A stretch of DNA of 64,000 nucleotides, from contig JBHGNT010000018.1 in NCBI GenBank assembly GCA_043228905.1, forward strand, positions 6,572,001-6,636,000, given 5' to 3'. The position numbers and the translations under genes were made by a program. The stretch is from Azolla caroliniana (Eukaryota > Plantae > Polypodiophyta). How positions within the stretch are numbered: the first letter of the stretch is position 1; each line of letters begins with the position of its first letter. The notes beneath the pieces were generated by a model. The model was given only the letters and a program-made list of their open reading frames with translations, had not been told where the DNA came from and ran no database searches. Below are positions 12,706 through 24,557 of the stretch, piece after piece.

Positions 12706-14150
12706 TCTTTTTTGTTTAGTAACACTTTTATTACTAGTGGGAAACCTCAAAGTGAGGTCAAAACCACAAAGAATAAAGAAAAATATACAAGTGTCGATTA
12801 GACACTAAAGAGCTTAAAAGCACTCAAAGTAAAGATTGTAAATTTTCAGTGTGATATCTCTAAGTTGCAGACAATCAAATAGAGATTGCCTGAGGGATTG
12901 CTTAAAGAAGCTAACTTCATGCAGTTGGTTTCCATCAAAGATCTTATTATTACGGGCTGTCCAAATGGTCCAGAGTGCCCAAAATCGTGTCCATTGGAGA
13001 AAATAGGCATTGTTGGATAGGGAGCACGAAATTTGTCCAAATATCCAAAAGTGTTTGTCAAACCTTCGGCCAAGAAATCTATGATAAAGAGATGCACTTA
13101 GTCTTTGTACAAACATTGTAGTGAATGAGCAAGTCCATAATAAGTGTGGGACCGTTTCCAATCGTTCACCACATCTTGCACAATGTGGTGAGGCTATCGA
13201 TCTTTGAAGATTTGATCCAGTCGGGAGCACACCTAATAGGCATCTCCATAGGAATACCCATTGCTTAAGTGGAAGACCAGATCTCCATAAGCTTGTAAGC
13301 CTATTTTTCCACTAGGACTGCGTTTTGTGTAGGTTCCATAATGCATTTGCATGTTCGTGAAACCATGGGACAGGTTGCAACAACATATACTCTGAATGTG
13401 TTGTAATGTTATGCATTGTAATAACAATGTTCCCTTTTTGTAACATCCAATCTTGAATCCGGCAATCTCCATCAAGAGGTGGCACAGGTACTAGGGAAAG
13501 TACCAACTCTGTGAGATGATGTGGCCCAAGACTATAACAACATGTCATGTCATTGAGAAGTGCAATAAGTGACCTTGGTCATTTACCACATCAGCAATTG
13601 ATTTCAGCCCCTTCTTTGCTAAAAAATAAGCTTTCCTAGGTTGTTGTTCAGCTAGTGACTGTGGGAATATAGCACTCCAGTGTAAGCTTTCGAGGCATAA
13701 AGAGTAACTTCTCTAATTCTGAATTCCTACCTCTCCATTTTATGTGGTGCAATACTTCCTTCCAGTGCTTTAGAAGCTTTGAGCTAAACGAACAGCCTTT
13801 GATGTGCCCGTCAAGCTTTCCAAACACCACATCCCAATCATCCCAATCGTTAGTATCCCATGAGCCAAATGACTTGGTTTTCAAATGATCAAACATATCA
13901 GATAGCATTCTTGCCATGTTTGTTCAGCAAATTTTGGCAATCAAGTTCCACAATAACTTCTCTTGCCTTCTCTACTTCAATGGAAACTACATATACAATG
14001 TCATCTAATTTGTCCTCCTTGGTTCAAGATGCACGTGGTCCAACCCACAATTTCACACACGCACACACATGGATTTCTATGGCAACATAACCTTCTTTCC
14101 TATTGGTTACAAGAACATTAGTTTGGAAAATTCCAAATTCTTAATAGGCC
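12706..14150 (-). mobile_element. 5'-truncated L1-type LINE (ORF2 C-terminus with zf-RVT)
   Basis: ORF 12814-13230 contains LPTG..CARCGERLETVPHLLWTC and WALWTIWTARNNKIF. A T-rich tract at about 12706-12730 corresponds to an A-rich 3' tail on the minus strand. Confidence 0.8.
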
Positions 14151-14945
14151 TAATTTCCCACAATGGTGCAATCATATTTGAATTATGGTTCTAAATTTAA
14201 TTATGTTCTATACTTAATTATTTACAAATACTAGATTTTATTTGTCATTATATTTATGTGCACAACGCAATTCTAGCGAACAACAATTATTCTCTAAAAC
14301 TATGTGTTGAGAATCAAGCTCAACCTAGTCTAGTGTGTGAACACACCCTTTGAGAATCTATAAGCACTCAAAGGTCAAAAGTCACCACTACTCTCTGCAC
14401 ATTAACTATGTGTCATAGAATCATATTCTATGACACATAACTAATGAGTTCCACATTCCCCATGACCCATTAGTTTCTATAGCTCTAGAGAGAGAGTGGG
14501 TGTTTAATGAAGAGAGAGGGTGACCTTATATAAGCACCCTCCTCCTACTTCATAAAGTGTCGGTTGTTGCTCTTTGTAATGCTACATTTTTGTACTAAAT
14601 ATTCTCCTTGTTAATATACACCTTCTTCTTCTTGAGTACTAAATATACACCCTAAACCTGACCCGAAGGACACCGAATACTCAACATGGGAGCAAGCGGC
14701 AAGCCGAGTGATGTATTGCTTAGCAACATGTGTTTATGACCACATGTTTGGCTACATTCGGGAAGCCAAGATGCCGAAAGAAGCTTGGAAGAATCTCAAG
14801 AAGATATTTTCCTGCCAATACGACAACACGAAAGTTTCAACTCCGCCAAGAGTTGAGCAACATTCAACAAAAGGACATGTCCATCACAAGCTACACCTTG
14901 AAGATCAAGGAGCTTTGTGACTCGCTTGGCTCGATAAGCGTCAAT

Positions 14946-15477
14946 TGAATGGAATAACGCTCGGCCACAACCGAGTCTCAATCTCTCCACGAAAGAAACA
15001 AAACAGAAATAAAGATTAATGCACTTACACAGAATGAGACGACACAGTATGTTTACGTGGAAAACCTCAAGAGGCAAAAACACGGGAGGTTGCAGACTCC
15101 GAACATGATAACTATAGGGCAACAACCTCGAGCTCTATCTTCACCAGCTGGTGATTACAACAGAAACGTTTTGTGTATCTCTTTCTCTCTCTCCCTCTTT
15201 CTCTATACAACAATAATCATAACAACTACACTATCATGTTTTCCCTAAGTTATATTTATACTTATATAACTTACGGGCTATTTACAATTGTGGCCTCAAC
15301 AGCCCATGAGAAACATATTTACAAATCTGTCTCTCTTCACGGTTCATACCAAATCCAGTTGGACCCCTTCCGGGTCCATCTGATCTAGTTTTCGGATATC
15401 CTTCCGATCGCGCTAACCTTGTTGACCTTCTTCTCCAGCCTCACCAATCCCCATCCGGAGGGACCGATATCTCAACA
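14946..15477 (-). mobile_element. Solo LTR inserted in gag of element A
   Basis: TG...CA ends and TSD TCAAT/TCAAC. Removing it rejoins gag SISVN-MEDDEMVQICLGGL. It shares motifs with the LTRs at 2324, 3388 and 26269. Confidence 0.85.
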
Positions 15478-15829
15478 TCAACATGGAGGATGATGAGATG
15501 GTGCAAATATGCCTAGGTGGCCTCACATCACGGTTTGGTGTGATGAGAACCGCCATCCTAGCAAGGGAGAATCCTCCCTCCTTGTTCGACCTTCAATCAA
15601 TGTTATTGGTTGAAGAGAACCATGTCGGCACCAAGACCAAGACGTCGAAAGGACAAATGTTCTTCTTGAATTCGGATGGTGATCAAGGACGAGGTCGCGG
15701 CGGTAGAAGAGGTCGATTCAACCCATGTCACGAAGGGAACTCAAACCTTCGACAACAAGACGGAAGTTATCGAGGAACCTTCAAAAGAAGGGGCAGCTTC
15801 CATGCCGAACAAGGTCGGCAAACAGACCC

Positions 15830-18079
15830 TGAAATGTACAAGGTAGCTTGGGCTATTTATGGTGAGGCATCGGTAGAACAATGCCGGAAGATGGGGAGCT
15901 TGCAACAAAAAATGGCAAGATTCTAGAGCATGGTAGTTGATGATGCAACTACTGACTCCAAACAAACCCGAAAGTATACACCACACCGAAACTCAATTAA
16001 AGCCAATGTCGATGATACAAGTGAGACATTGATTAGCTATATGCTGAAAAATGTCCATGAAGCCTGTGAGACATTAGAGGCAACAAAGTCTGATTTACAA
16101 AGAGCAACATTGGCTGCTGCGATGGAGATCAAAGTCAATTTGGTAGTTACAACAATTAGAAATAAGATTCAGGTAGTTATTGTTTTGCTAGTATGTAACA
16201 TGTTATAAATAACTTGTACATGAAAATGTGCTTAGTGAGACATTATCTGGAACAAGTTGCTTAGTGAGACATGAACTCGAAATTGAGGGGTTGTTGGATC
16301 CCTCGCGGAAAATACAACTATAGACAGAGATCCAGGTTATTTCAATGAACCTGGACCTTCTAGGTGTAAATATTGTCGTTGATTACAATCTGGAGAACCT
16401 CCAAGTTAATGATTCTTGTATCTTGTTGTTCTATCTTCCTCATTAAGGAATGATAAATCAGTAATTTCTCGGCTACATTCTAGGAATAATACTCCCGTCA
16501 AGAACAAGTAGTTAGCTGCCTTAAGAAGCAGCTACATTTTGTGGAGGGGATGGTAAAGAGCAGACAAGAATTGAACCTCAACATTCTTGCTCCCTTACCA
16601 AATGAAGGAGAAGCAGGCAACAATATATTAACTCTTCAAGCACCTTGCATCACTTGTGGCTTAGGTGTAGAGGACAAAACCGCTACTCTGTTGGTACACC
16701 TACAACCATGCCAACACACATACCATATCATTTGTTTTCAATATGCCTATCGCATTGTTGCAGTCTATTTGGGGGATTGCAATACAACTCTCCCATATGA
16801 GTGGAGAAAACTGACAAGTAAAATTGTTGCTTGTCTCTATAGTGTAGTAGCTAATTACATCTTAGCTAATTAGCTAAGCCGTATAAAGTGTGGTAGCTAT
16901 TTAGCTGTTATGGTTCAATGGTGTAGTAGTTAATTAGCTACAACCTATGTATTAGCTAATTAGCCAAGATGTAGCTAATTAGCTACTATAAATCTATGGT
17001 TTGGCTGTAGCTAATTAGCTATAGTCTAGCAGCTAATTAGCTAAGATGTAGCTACTTAGCTACTGCCACCCTATAGTGTAGTAGCTAATTAGCTACTACC
17101 ATACTTAAGTAGAATAGCTAATTAGCTATAGCCAACCTATAGTCTAACAGCTAATTAGCTAAGATGTAGCTAAATAGCTAAGTAGTATCAAGAGTGATAG
17201 CTAATTAGCTATTGCCATAGTTAAGAAGAATGGTTATTTCGCTACTACCATACTAAAGTAGAATAGCTAATTAGCTGCTGCCAATCTATAGTCTAGCAGC
17301 TAATTAGCTAAGAAGTATCAAGAGTTGTAGCTAATTAGCTACTGCCATAGTTAGGAAGAATAGTTAATTCGCTTACTTAGCTAATTAGCTAGGATGTAGT
17401 AGTATCAAGTAGTATCAAGAGTGGCTGCTAATTAGCTATCATGTTTAGTATTCAGCTAAGGTCATAGAAAAACACAAAAGAAACCGCTAATTAGCTATCA
17501 TCTTTAGTATTCAACTAAGGTCATAGAAAAACACAAGAGAAACCGCTAATTAGTTAACATGTTGTTGTAGAATCTCGTGGATCAAGGAGGTTGCATGAGG
17601 TGTCCCGTGCCGATGACGGGGCAACCAATGAGGAGATAGCTGGCAACGTGGCTGAAAGTAAGAGTCCTACTATCACATCTCCTTCAGATCAGCTCCACCC
17701 TATTCTTTTGGAAGATTGTACTGAATTAGGCAACGTTATGAAAAGTCATGAAATATTGGAAACAGCATGTAAATCTGAGGTTCATAACAACAGTGTTTTT
17801 GAACAGTTGATGCAACATTTCTTTGAATCCGAAAACCTTGATTCAACCCCACCAAGCCCAACTGTTGATGATGTCCCACCAGATCGCACTGTACTTGAAA
17901 CGCTAACGCAAGACACAGCTGACGTGCAAGCCGTTGCTAAGGTGATGGAAATATCGAAGGAGGACACACTTGCGCAATGGGTGAAAGAAGCAAGGCTAAA
18001 TGGGCACCCGGCTAGAAAAAGGCTCAAGAAGGGGCCACGATCGGGGACAAGACCAGTTACTCGATCAAGGGGCTCTTGA
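15830..18079 (+). pseudogene. TE-borne multi-exon RING-H2-like gene (degenerate)
   Basis: ORF 16541-16873 has C-x2-C...PCQHTYHIIC...GDC. Putative exons lie at about 15830-16171, 16470-16817 and 17571-18079, with GT/AG-like junctions. In-frame stops are present. Confidence 0.5.
16840..17555. repeat. Palindromic TAGCTAATTAGCTA array
   Basis: Many exact or degenerate copies of the 14-bp self-complementary motif with short spacers. Confidence 0.95.
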
Positions 18080-19969
18080 ATTGGAGCTAATTACTACCAA
18101 TTACTGATTAGTGGGATATGACTATTAGCTATTTTCTAGAAAATTATGAAGATGGCCTATGGTCTATTTGGACAAGTAAACCCTCATATTTCTTGTTGCT
18201 TGATCCACACTATGTAATGGAACTCTATGATGGATTTTAAGATAATATTATTATTTTGTTGTAGAATATTTCATGTTCATTATGTTGTTTTGTGAGACTG
18301 TTAACTACTTTGTGAGTCTGAATATGTTGGTGTTTTTTGATGTGAAGATTCTAAAGGGTTTGAATCTATTGCTCCTAAGGCCGATGGTAGTGTGGAAGTT
18401 GTTGATGTTACTGCGTGTTTAGAGGGCCCCATCTTGAAAGTAGATGTAGCAACTGACACAAATGATCTGGTCACGCATGTAGATCAAGCATGTTGCACAA
18501 ATGATCTGATTTTGCAGGTAGATGCAGGATGTGATACCAGTGGGCTGATATCGACCAGAGAAGTATCTACATGCACAGAGGTAATGCCAGGACCGATGAC
18601 ATTGTCGACTATACAAGAGCAAAACAGTGTGAAGTTAGGCCCAATGACTGCACGAGCAAAACAAGTTGAAGTCAGACCCAAAGACATAGTCGACAAGGGG
18701 TTTGAAGAGGAAAAGGACACCAATTGTGTCGACAGAACCTGAGTTGATTGAAATTGATCATGTGCTACCAATACTTGGTGTAATAGAGGCTCAGTTGCAG
18801 GAATGGAAACCTAAACCATTAGAAGACAAAAGAAGAGCCTTGATCTTGGAACTTGATAAAGTCTTGATGAGTGTGCGATATATGACACCAAGGAGGGACG
18901 CAAATCAATTTCTAGAGTGGGTTGTGCAATACTTTGATTTGTTTATTTGGAGTGAAAAACCACGTATAGATGTGTGAAAGTGTGTAGAAAGATTCTTCCC
19001 AAAGTGGCGACAACACTTCAAGGGTCAATGGACACGAGAAAGATGTGAACAGCAGGATATTGCAAGATTCAAAAGACTTTTTGATTTTTGGCATACCTAG
19101 CCCGAATATAATGCCGACAATACGTTGATTGTGGATACAAAACATTTCCGGCATTACTACAACCTTCACAGATGCTGTCTCATTGTACATGACGAAATGC
19201 CAGATAACTACTTGGTGAAAACATTGAGTTGCTAACTAATTGCATGGTTGTGGACACCATACCGAGCTCAGTATGGAGATCACATATGTAGAGAAGTTCC
19301 TTTGACCAGCAAGAGCTTAGCTATTTATAGGCACTTTGTAGACATTGCCAATGGTGTATTATAAATATGTAATTTGATGACAGATTAATCAATGAAAAAT
19401 TAAATAGCTTGTTTTGAGTAAATCATCTACTGTGTAATTTTAAAATAGGTCATTCATTTTTTATTTCATGCTGCTAGTTGTTCTCAAAATGACAAACTGT
19501 TTGAACTTGTACATGGTTCACTTGAGAGTAAAAAAACCATTGCCAAAATGTATTCCAGACAGTATAATCGTCATTATGCACATTGAACAAACTAAAACCG
19601 AAAGTTGCAATAAGTAAAACAGGCAATCAATACAAATTTAACATACACGATTTTATTAAGAAACAAGAACAGAAAGAAGACTCCCAAATGATTTTATTAA
19701 CTTTTTTTAAGATAGAAGAACACAAAGAAGACTGTATATCAAAAAGACACACAATTTTATTAAACTATTTTTTTATTAAACAGACATGATTTTATTAAGA
19801 AAGAAGAATAGAAAGAAGACTGTATATCTAAAAGAAAACTCCCAAATGATTTTATTGACAAACAAGAACAAAAAGAAAATTGTATATCAGAAAGAAGACA
19901 GTCTCCCAAATGATTTTATTAAACTGTTTATTTGCAATATAACTACTTTGTCCACTTTACAAGAAAACT

Positions 19970-22510
19970 AGTTTGATCTCCGTGTAGCTACAAATTCCAT
20001 GGCATACTATTGTAAATACATTCATACACATTAGCACTAACTATGTATAAACCTTAGCAGTTATTGTATTGCGACATCGGGACGTTGATGCACCTGATTC
20101 AAATAACTTGACAAAGATTAAAATTTCACTACTCAACTCTTTTGGACACCACCTAAATCTACTAGGGCCACAATCTTGACACAAACCCATGACACATTTA
20201 TGACTGTGGAAGATAGCCTCAGATTCTCTTGGACACAATACTGAATCTAAAAGACCACTCCTGGAAGAGATAACATGCTCTGATGATTTACAATGCTCTT
20301 GCAAGCTAGATCGACATATTGAGCACTCACAAGTGCATACTACATCCTCGAGGGAGGAGCTATGGTGACGTAGAAGATTAACAGAGTCCATGAGAAAATC
20401 CATTTGTACATGGTAAATGCAACAGCATGTGTATCGATCCTTTAAGCGTATCACAAAGTGTGGCTTAAGAGACTCGAATGTTCATAATAGAACTTTGATA
20501 TATGGATGCATTCACCTGAACCTAATATATAAATCAACCTACGTAATAAAAAGGGAGTCTAGTGAGTAGCAAAAATGTGCCCTGATGTAGCTCGTTAAAT
20601 ATAGTGTGGTAGCTGATTAGCTATGATCATACTCTTGTAGTAGCTAATTAGCTATTAAGAGTAGCTAACTAGCTAATTAGCTACCTTAATAACTAATTAG
20701 CTCTTGACATAGCTAACTAGTTGTTGCGAGTAGCTAATTAGTTATTAAGAGTAACTAATTAGCTCTTGACATAGCTAACTAGCTCTTGCGAGTAGTTAAT
20801 TCGCTATTAAGAGTAGTTAATTAGCTATTGAAAGTAGCTCATTCACTACCTTAATAGCTAATTAGCTCTTGACATAGCTAACTAGTTGTTGCAAGTAGCT
20901 AATTAGCTATTAAGAGAAGCTAATTAACTATTGACAATAGCTAATTAGGTACCTTAATAGCTAATTAGCTCTTGAAATAGCTAATTAGCTACTGCAAGTA
21001 GCTAATTAGCTATTGATAGTTGCTAATTAGCTACTAAGCTCTTGACATAGCTAACTAGATGTTGCGAGTAGCTAATCAGCTATTAAGACTAGCTAATTAG
21101 CTATTGACAATAGCTAATTAGCTCTTGACATAGCTAACTAGCTATTGGGAGTAGCTAATTAGCTATTAAGAGTAGCTAATTAGCTACTCTATTATCTAAT
21201 TAGCTATTAAGAGTAGCTAATTAGCCACTCTATTATCTAATTAGCTCCTCACATAACTAACTAGTTATTGCCATTAGTTAATTCGCTACTAAGAATAGCT
21301 AATTAGCTATTGCGAGTAGCTAATTAGCTACCTTAATAGCTAATTAGCTCTTGACATAGCTAACTAGCTATTGTGAGTAGCTAATTAGCTAATGTGGTAG
21401 CTAGTTAGCTAACTAGCTAATAGTAACTAGCTAGTTAGCTATGGTCATCTTCTAAGGTAGCTAATTAGCTATTGCGGTAGCGAATTAGCTGATAATAGCT
21501 CAATTTAGTATTGGCAATAGTTATTTAGCTATTACCAATAGCTAGTTAGCTATGCTCATATTCTGAGATAGCTAATTAGCTATTGCGGTAGTGAATTAGC
21601 TGATAATAGCTAAGTTAGTTATTGTCAATCGTTATTTAGCTAGTTAGCTATGATCATATTCGAAGGTAGCTAATTAGCTAACTAACTAAGTTTAAAAATC
21701 AAAACAAAAGTTGAGATAAATGTAAATACTTGAGGTACATCAAGAAGATGAATGGGATGCTCCTCGTATTGACTCCTTCCAACACGTTTCCTGCATAAAT
21801 CCTTCTTATTGGGTGAAACATTTCACCCTATTCTCATTAGTCCAAAATATGGTGATTATATCCTTGATTTATGATATTATGTGTGTCATTGGCTTACATC
21901 TTGTTGTTAGCTTTAGCAGACTAGTTCCGTCACTACTTGAAATTATCCGGTTTATTGTATTGTACACACTTTTTCTACTAACACCAATTACCTTAGATAG
22001 TATATAAATGTTAAGATCGTCAACATCACTATTAAGTAACATCATTAGACTAGACATTTTTAAGTCAATATCATCTTCTGACCTGCTCATGGATACGAAA
22101 CTATTACGGAGATTATTTACTAGTACAGATGTTATGTTTGCATTAAGACCATCAAAATCAACTAACTCCTTTATCGATGGATCATTTAATATTCCATAAA
22201 GTACTACCTTCTTGTCTTCAAGGCTGATGTGCTTGGTCTGAACATTGAAATAGTCTACAACCTTTCTCTCTATGATAGTAGTCTCCTTACTTCCATTCTC
22301 AATGGTATTCATACCTATATTGCAACCAATGTTATCCTTACCTTTAGTGAATGTGACTTTCGTATCCTTCAACAATTGACAATATTTCTTTTTTTCTGCC
22401 TAATACTTTGTATCGCTTGTTGTGACCTAATAGCGTCATCTCTATCTTGATGATCCATGAGGGGGATTGGTAAACACCCTCCTTCCCCTTCCATTTGGCT
22501 TGACATATTC
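19970..22510 (-). pseudogene. Transposase N-terminal remnant, Sola2-like
   Basis: The spliced reading is FWTNENR(fs)SPNKKDLCRKRVGRSQYEEHPIHLLDVPQ|VDLYIRFR*MHPYIKVLL*TFESLKPHFVIRLKDRYTCCCIYHVQM..CTCECSIC..LCPR..HKCVMGLCQDCG, with a GT-AG intron at about 21729-20540. No catalytic DDD region was seen. The superfamily is assigned from recalled motifs. Confidence 0.55.
20585..21690. repeat. Palindromic TAGCTAATTAGCTA / TAGCTAACTAGCTA array (about 1.1 kb)
   Basis: Dozens of copies at roughly 21-22 bp spacing, with recurring spacers (TTAAGAG, CTTGACA, TTGCGAG, CCTTAA). Confidence 0.95.
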
Positions 22511-22699
22511 ATTAGTAAATTTCAACAAAAAAAAAGACACGTAGCTAGTTACTAAACCACACAGGAGTGATCCCACCATGGGTAAGTTTATGTTTGTTGC
22601 AGCGGAGTGAAAGCTACTGAACCACCGTCGGGAACGAGCTAAGATGACTATCGGCAACAACAATACACAAAATTATTCTGCAATACACAAGATAATCAA

Positions 22700-23550
22700 C
22701 AGACGGAATAGTTATTGCAATCTAGGACCGAACAGTGGCAACAACTGTGTAGAATGGCGGCAATGGAGGAGTGAACTCCGTCGGATCGAATAGTTAATTG
22801 CAATCCAGGACCGAACATTCGAGTCAATTGAGTGTAGAATGGTGGCAATGGTGGAGTGAACTCCGTCAGATCAAACAGTGGCAGATGATGCTTGGGATGC
22901 AAAGTGGTGGCAACTGAGTGTAGAATGGCGGCAGTGGAGGAGGAGTGAACTCTGTCAGATCGAACAGTGGCAGCAATCCACGACTGAATAGTAGCGACAA
23001 CTGAGTGTAGAATGGAGGCAATGGAGGAGTGAACTCAATAGGAGCGAACAGTGGCAAATGATGCTTGGACCGAATAGTGGCGGCAACTAAGTGTAGAATG
23101 ACAACAATGGAGGAGTGAACTCAATAGGAGCGAACGGTGGCAGATGATGCTTGGACCAAATAGTGGCGGCAACTGAGTGTAGAATGGCGGCAATGGAAGA
23201 GTGAACTCAATACAAACGAATAGTGGTAGATGATTCTTGGACCGAATAGTGGAGGCAACTAAGTGTAGAATGGTGGCAATGGAACAATGGCAGATGATGC
23301 TTGGAATGCACAGTGACGGCAATTGAGTGTAGAATGATGGCAATGGAGGAGTGAACTCAACAGGAGCGAACAGTGGTAGATGATGCTTCGACCAAACAGT
23401 GGCAGCAATTGAGTGTAGAATGGCGGCAATGGAGTGAACTCCGTCGGATCAAATAGTGGCAGATAATGCTTGGACCGCACAGTGGCAGCAACTGAGTGTA
23501 GAATGGTGGCAATGTCGGAGTGGACTCAATAGGGTTTAGGAACAGTGGTA
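22700..23550. repeat. Tandem repeat, about 10 copies of an approximately 86 bp unit
   Basis: CAACTGAGTGTAGAATGGCGGCAATGGAGGAGTGAACTC recurs; GTGTAGAATG appears near 22832, 22918, 23005, 23091, 23177, 23262, 23326, 23413 and 23495. Confidence 0.9.
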
Positions 23551-24557
23551 GTAATCTAAGCCTGAATAGTCACAAAGTGATGGCCAACGAGATGTGGCAA
23601 TGGATCATGCATAAGGGACCTAGGAATTCGGTATATAATTTATGGTGCACATATCCATTTATGTTGCACGTTTATGTTGCGCATTTATGGTGCTCATTTA
23701 TATAATTAAAACATTCTAATGTTTTCATTCATGGTGCAAAAATGGCTAATTATCATTGGTGGCTTTTTGCATAGCTAATTAGCTATGTCAAGGACATAGC
23801 AAATTGTTTCCACTCGCATGCTTTCACCCATTTACCAAAGGACAATCCAAGCTCTACCGAGCTAAGTGGACCATACGAGCCTTCAAGCACTCGAAGCACA
23901 TCTCAACCAGGGGCCAGATCAGACAAAGGAAAAGGTAAGATGCCCGAATAAGTCGACCGCCATGATGAAAGTGATTCAGATGTGTCGGCTCGCTCACTAA
24001 ACAATGAATTTGGTGTACCCATTATGCGAACACCTGGAGTAAAAAAGGCGCTCACATCGGCAAATGAAAAACTCTAACGCTCATCTCGAGAGAAGAATCT
24101 GATCACTCGGTTCGGCTACAACGAGTATATGACCCATCATTACACCTTTGTGATGAAGGTCATGACCGAAGAAAAGCCCGAAAGCTTTACGGAAACTGCC
24201 CATGACCCCCGATGGTTAGCATCCATGGATGTAGACATGCAAGCACTTAGCCTTCGACCATTTAACACTACAATTCTTCGTCACAGGCTTGAGGGGGAGG
24301 AACTGAAACTGCCATGAAAATGCCAATGCCGAAAACTGAACATAAGCCGACACCGAAAGCCGGACAACGTCGAAAGCAAAATCAGATGTCGGACGTCTTA
24401 CACCCAAGTGTGAGGGGGAGTACAAGGGAGAACCGGACATCAACCAAAGGAAGCTGATCCAAGTTGAGCTTGAGGGGGCGTGTTGAGAATCAAGCTCAAC
24501 CTAGTCTAGTGTGTGAACACACCCTTTGAGAATCTATGAGCATTCAAAGGTCAAAAG

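Larger units (their letters stand above)
15830..23815. mobile_element. DNA-transposon-like element with convergent RING-H2 gene (+) and transposase remnant (-), palindromic arrays and a subterminal tandem repeat
   Basis: It interrupts copia A. A second copy lies at the window start. It contains TAGCTA arrays and an 86-bp tandem repeat. The right end reads ...GTTTCCACTC, after which copia sequence resumes. The left end appears to be deleted. Confidence 0.6.

Noticed and set aside
20585-21690. CRISPR-like palindromic repeat-spacer pattern
   Set aside because: Spacers are only about 7-8 bp and recur. This is a degenerate minisatellite.
22696-23480. Pro-rich repetitive ORFs (PPFYTQL)
   Set aside because: By-product of the 86-bp tandem repeat; frames shift between units.
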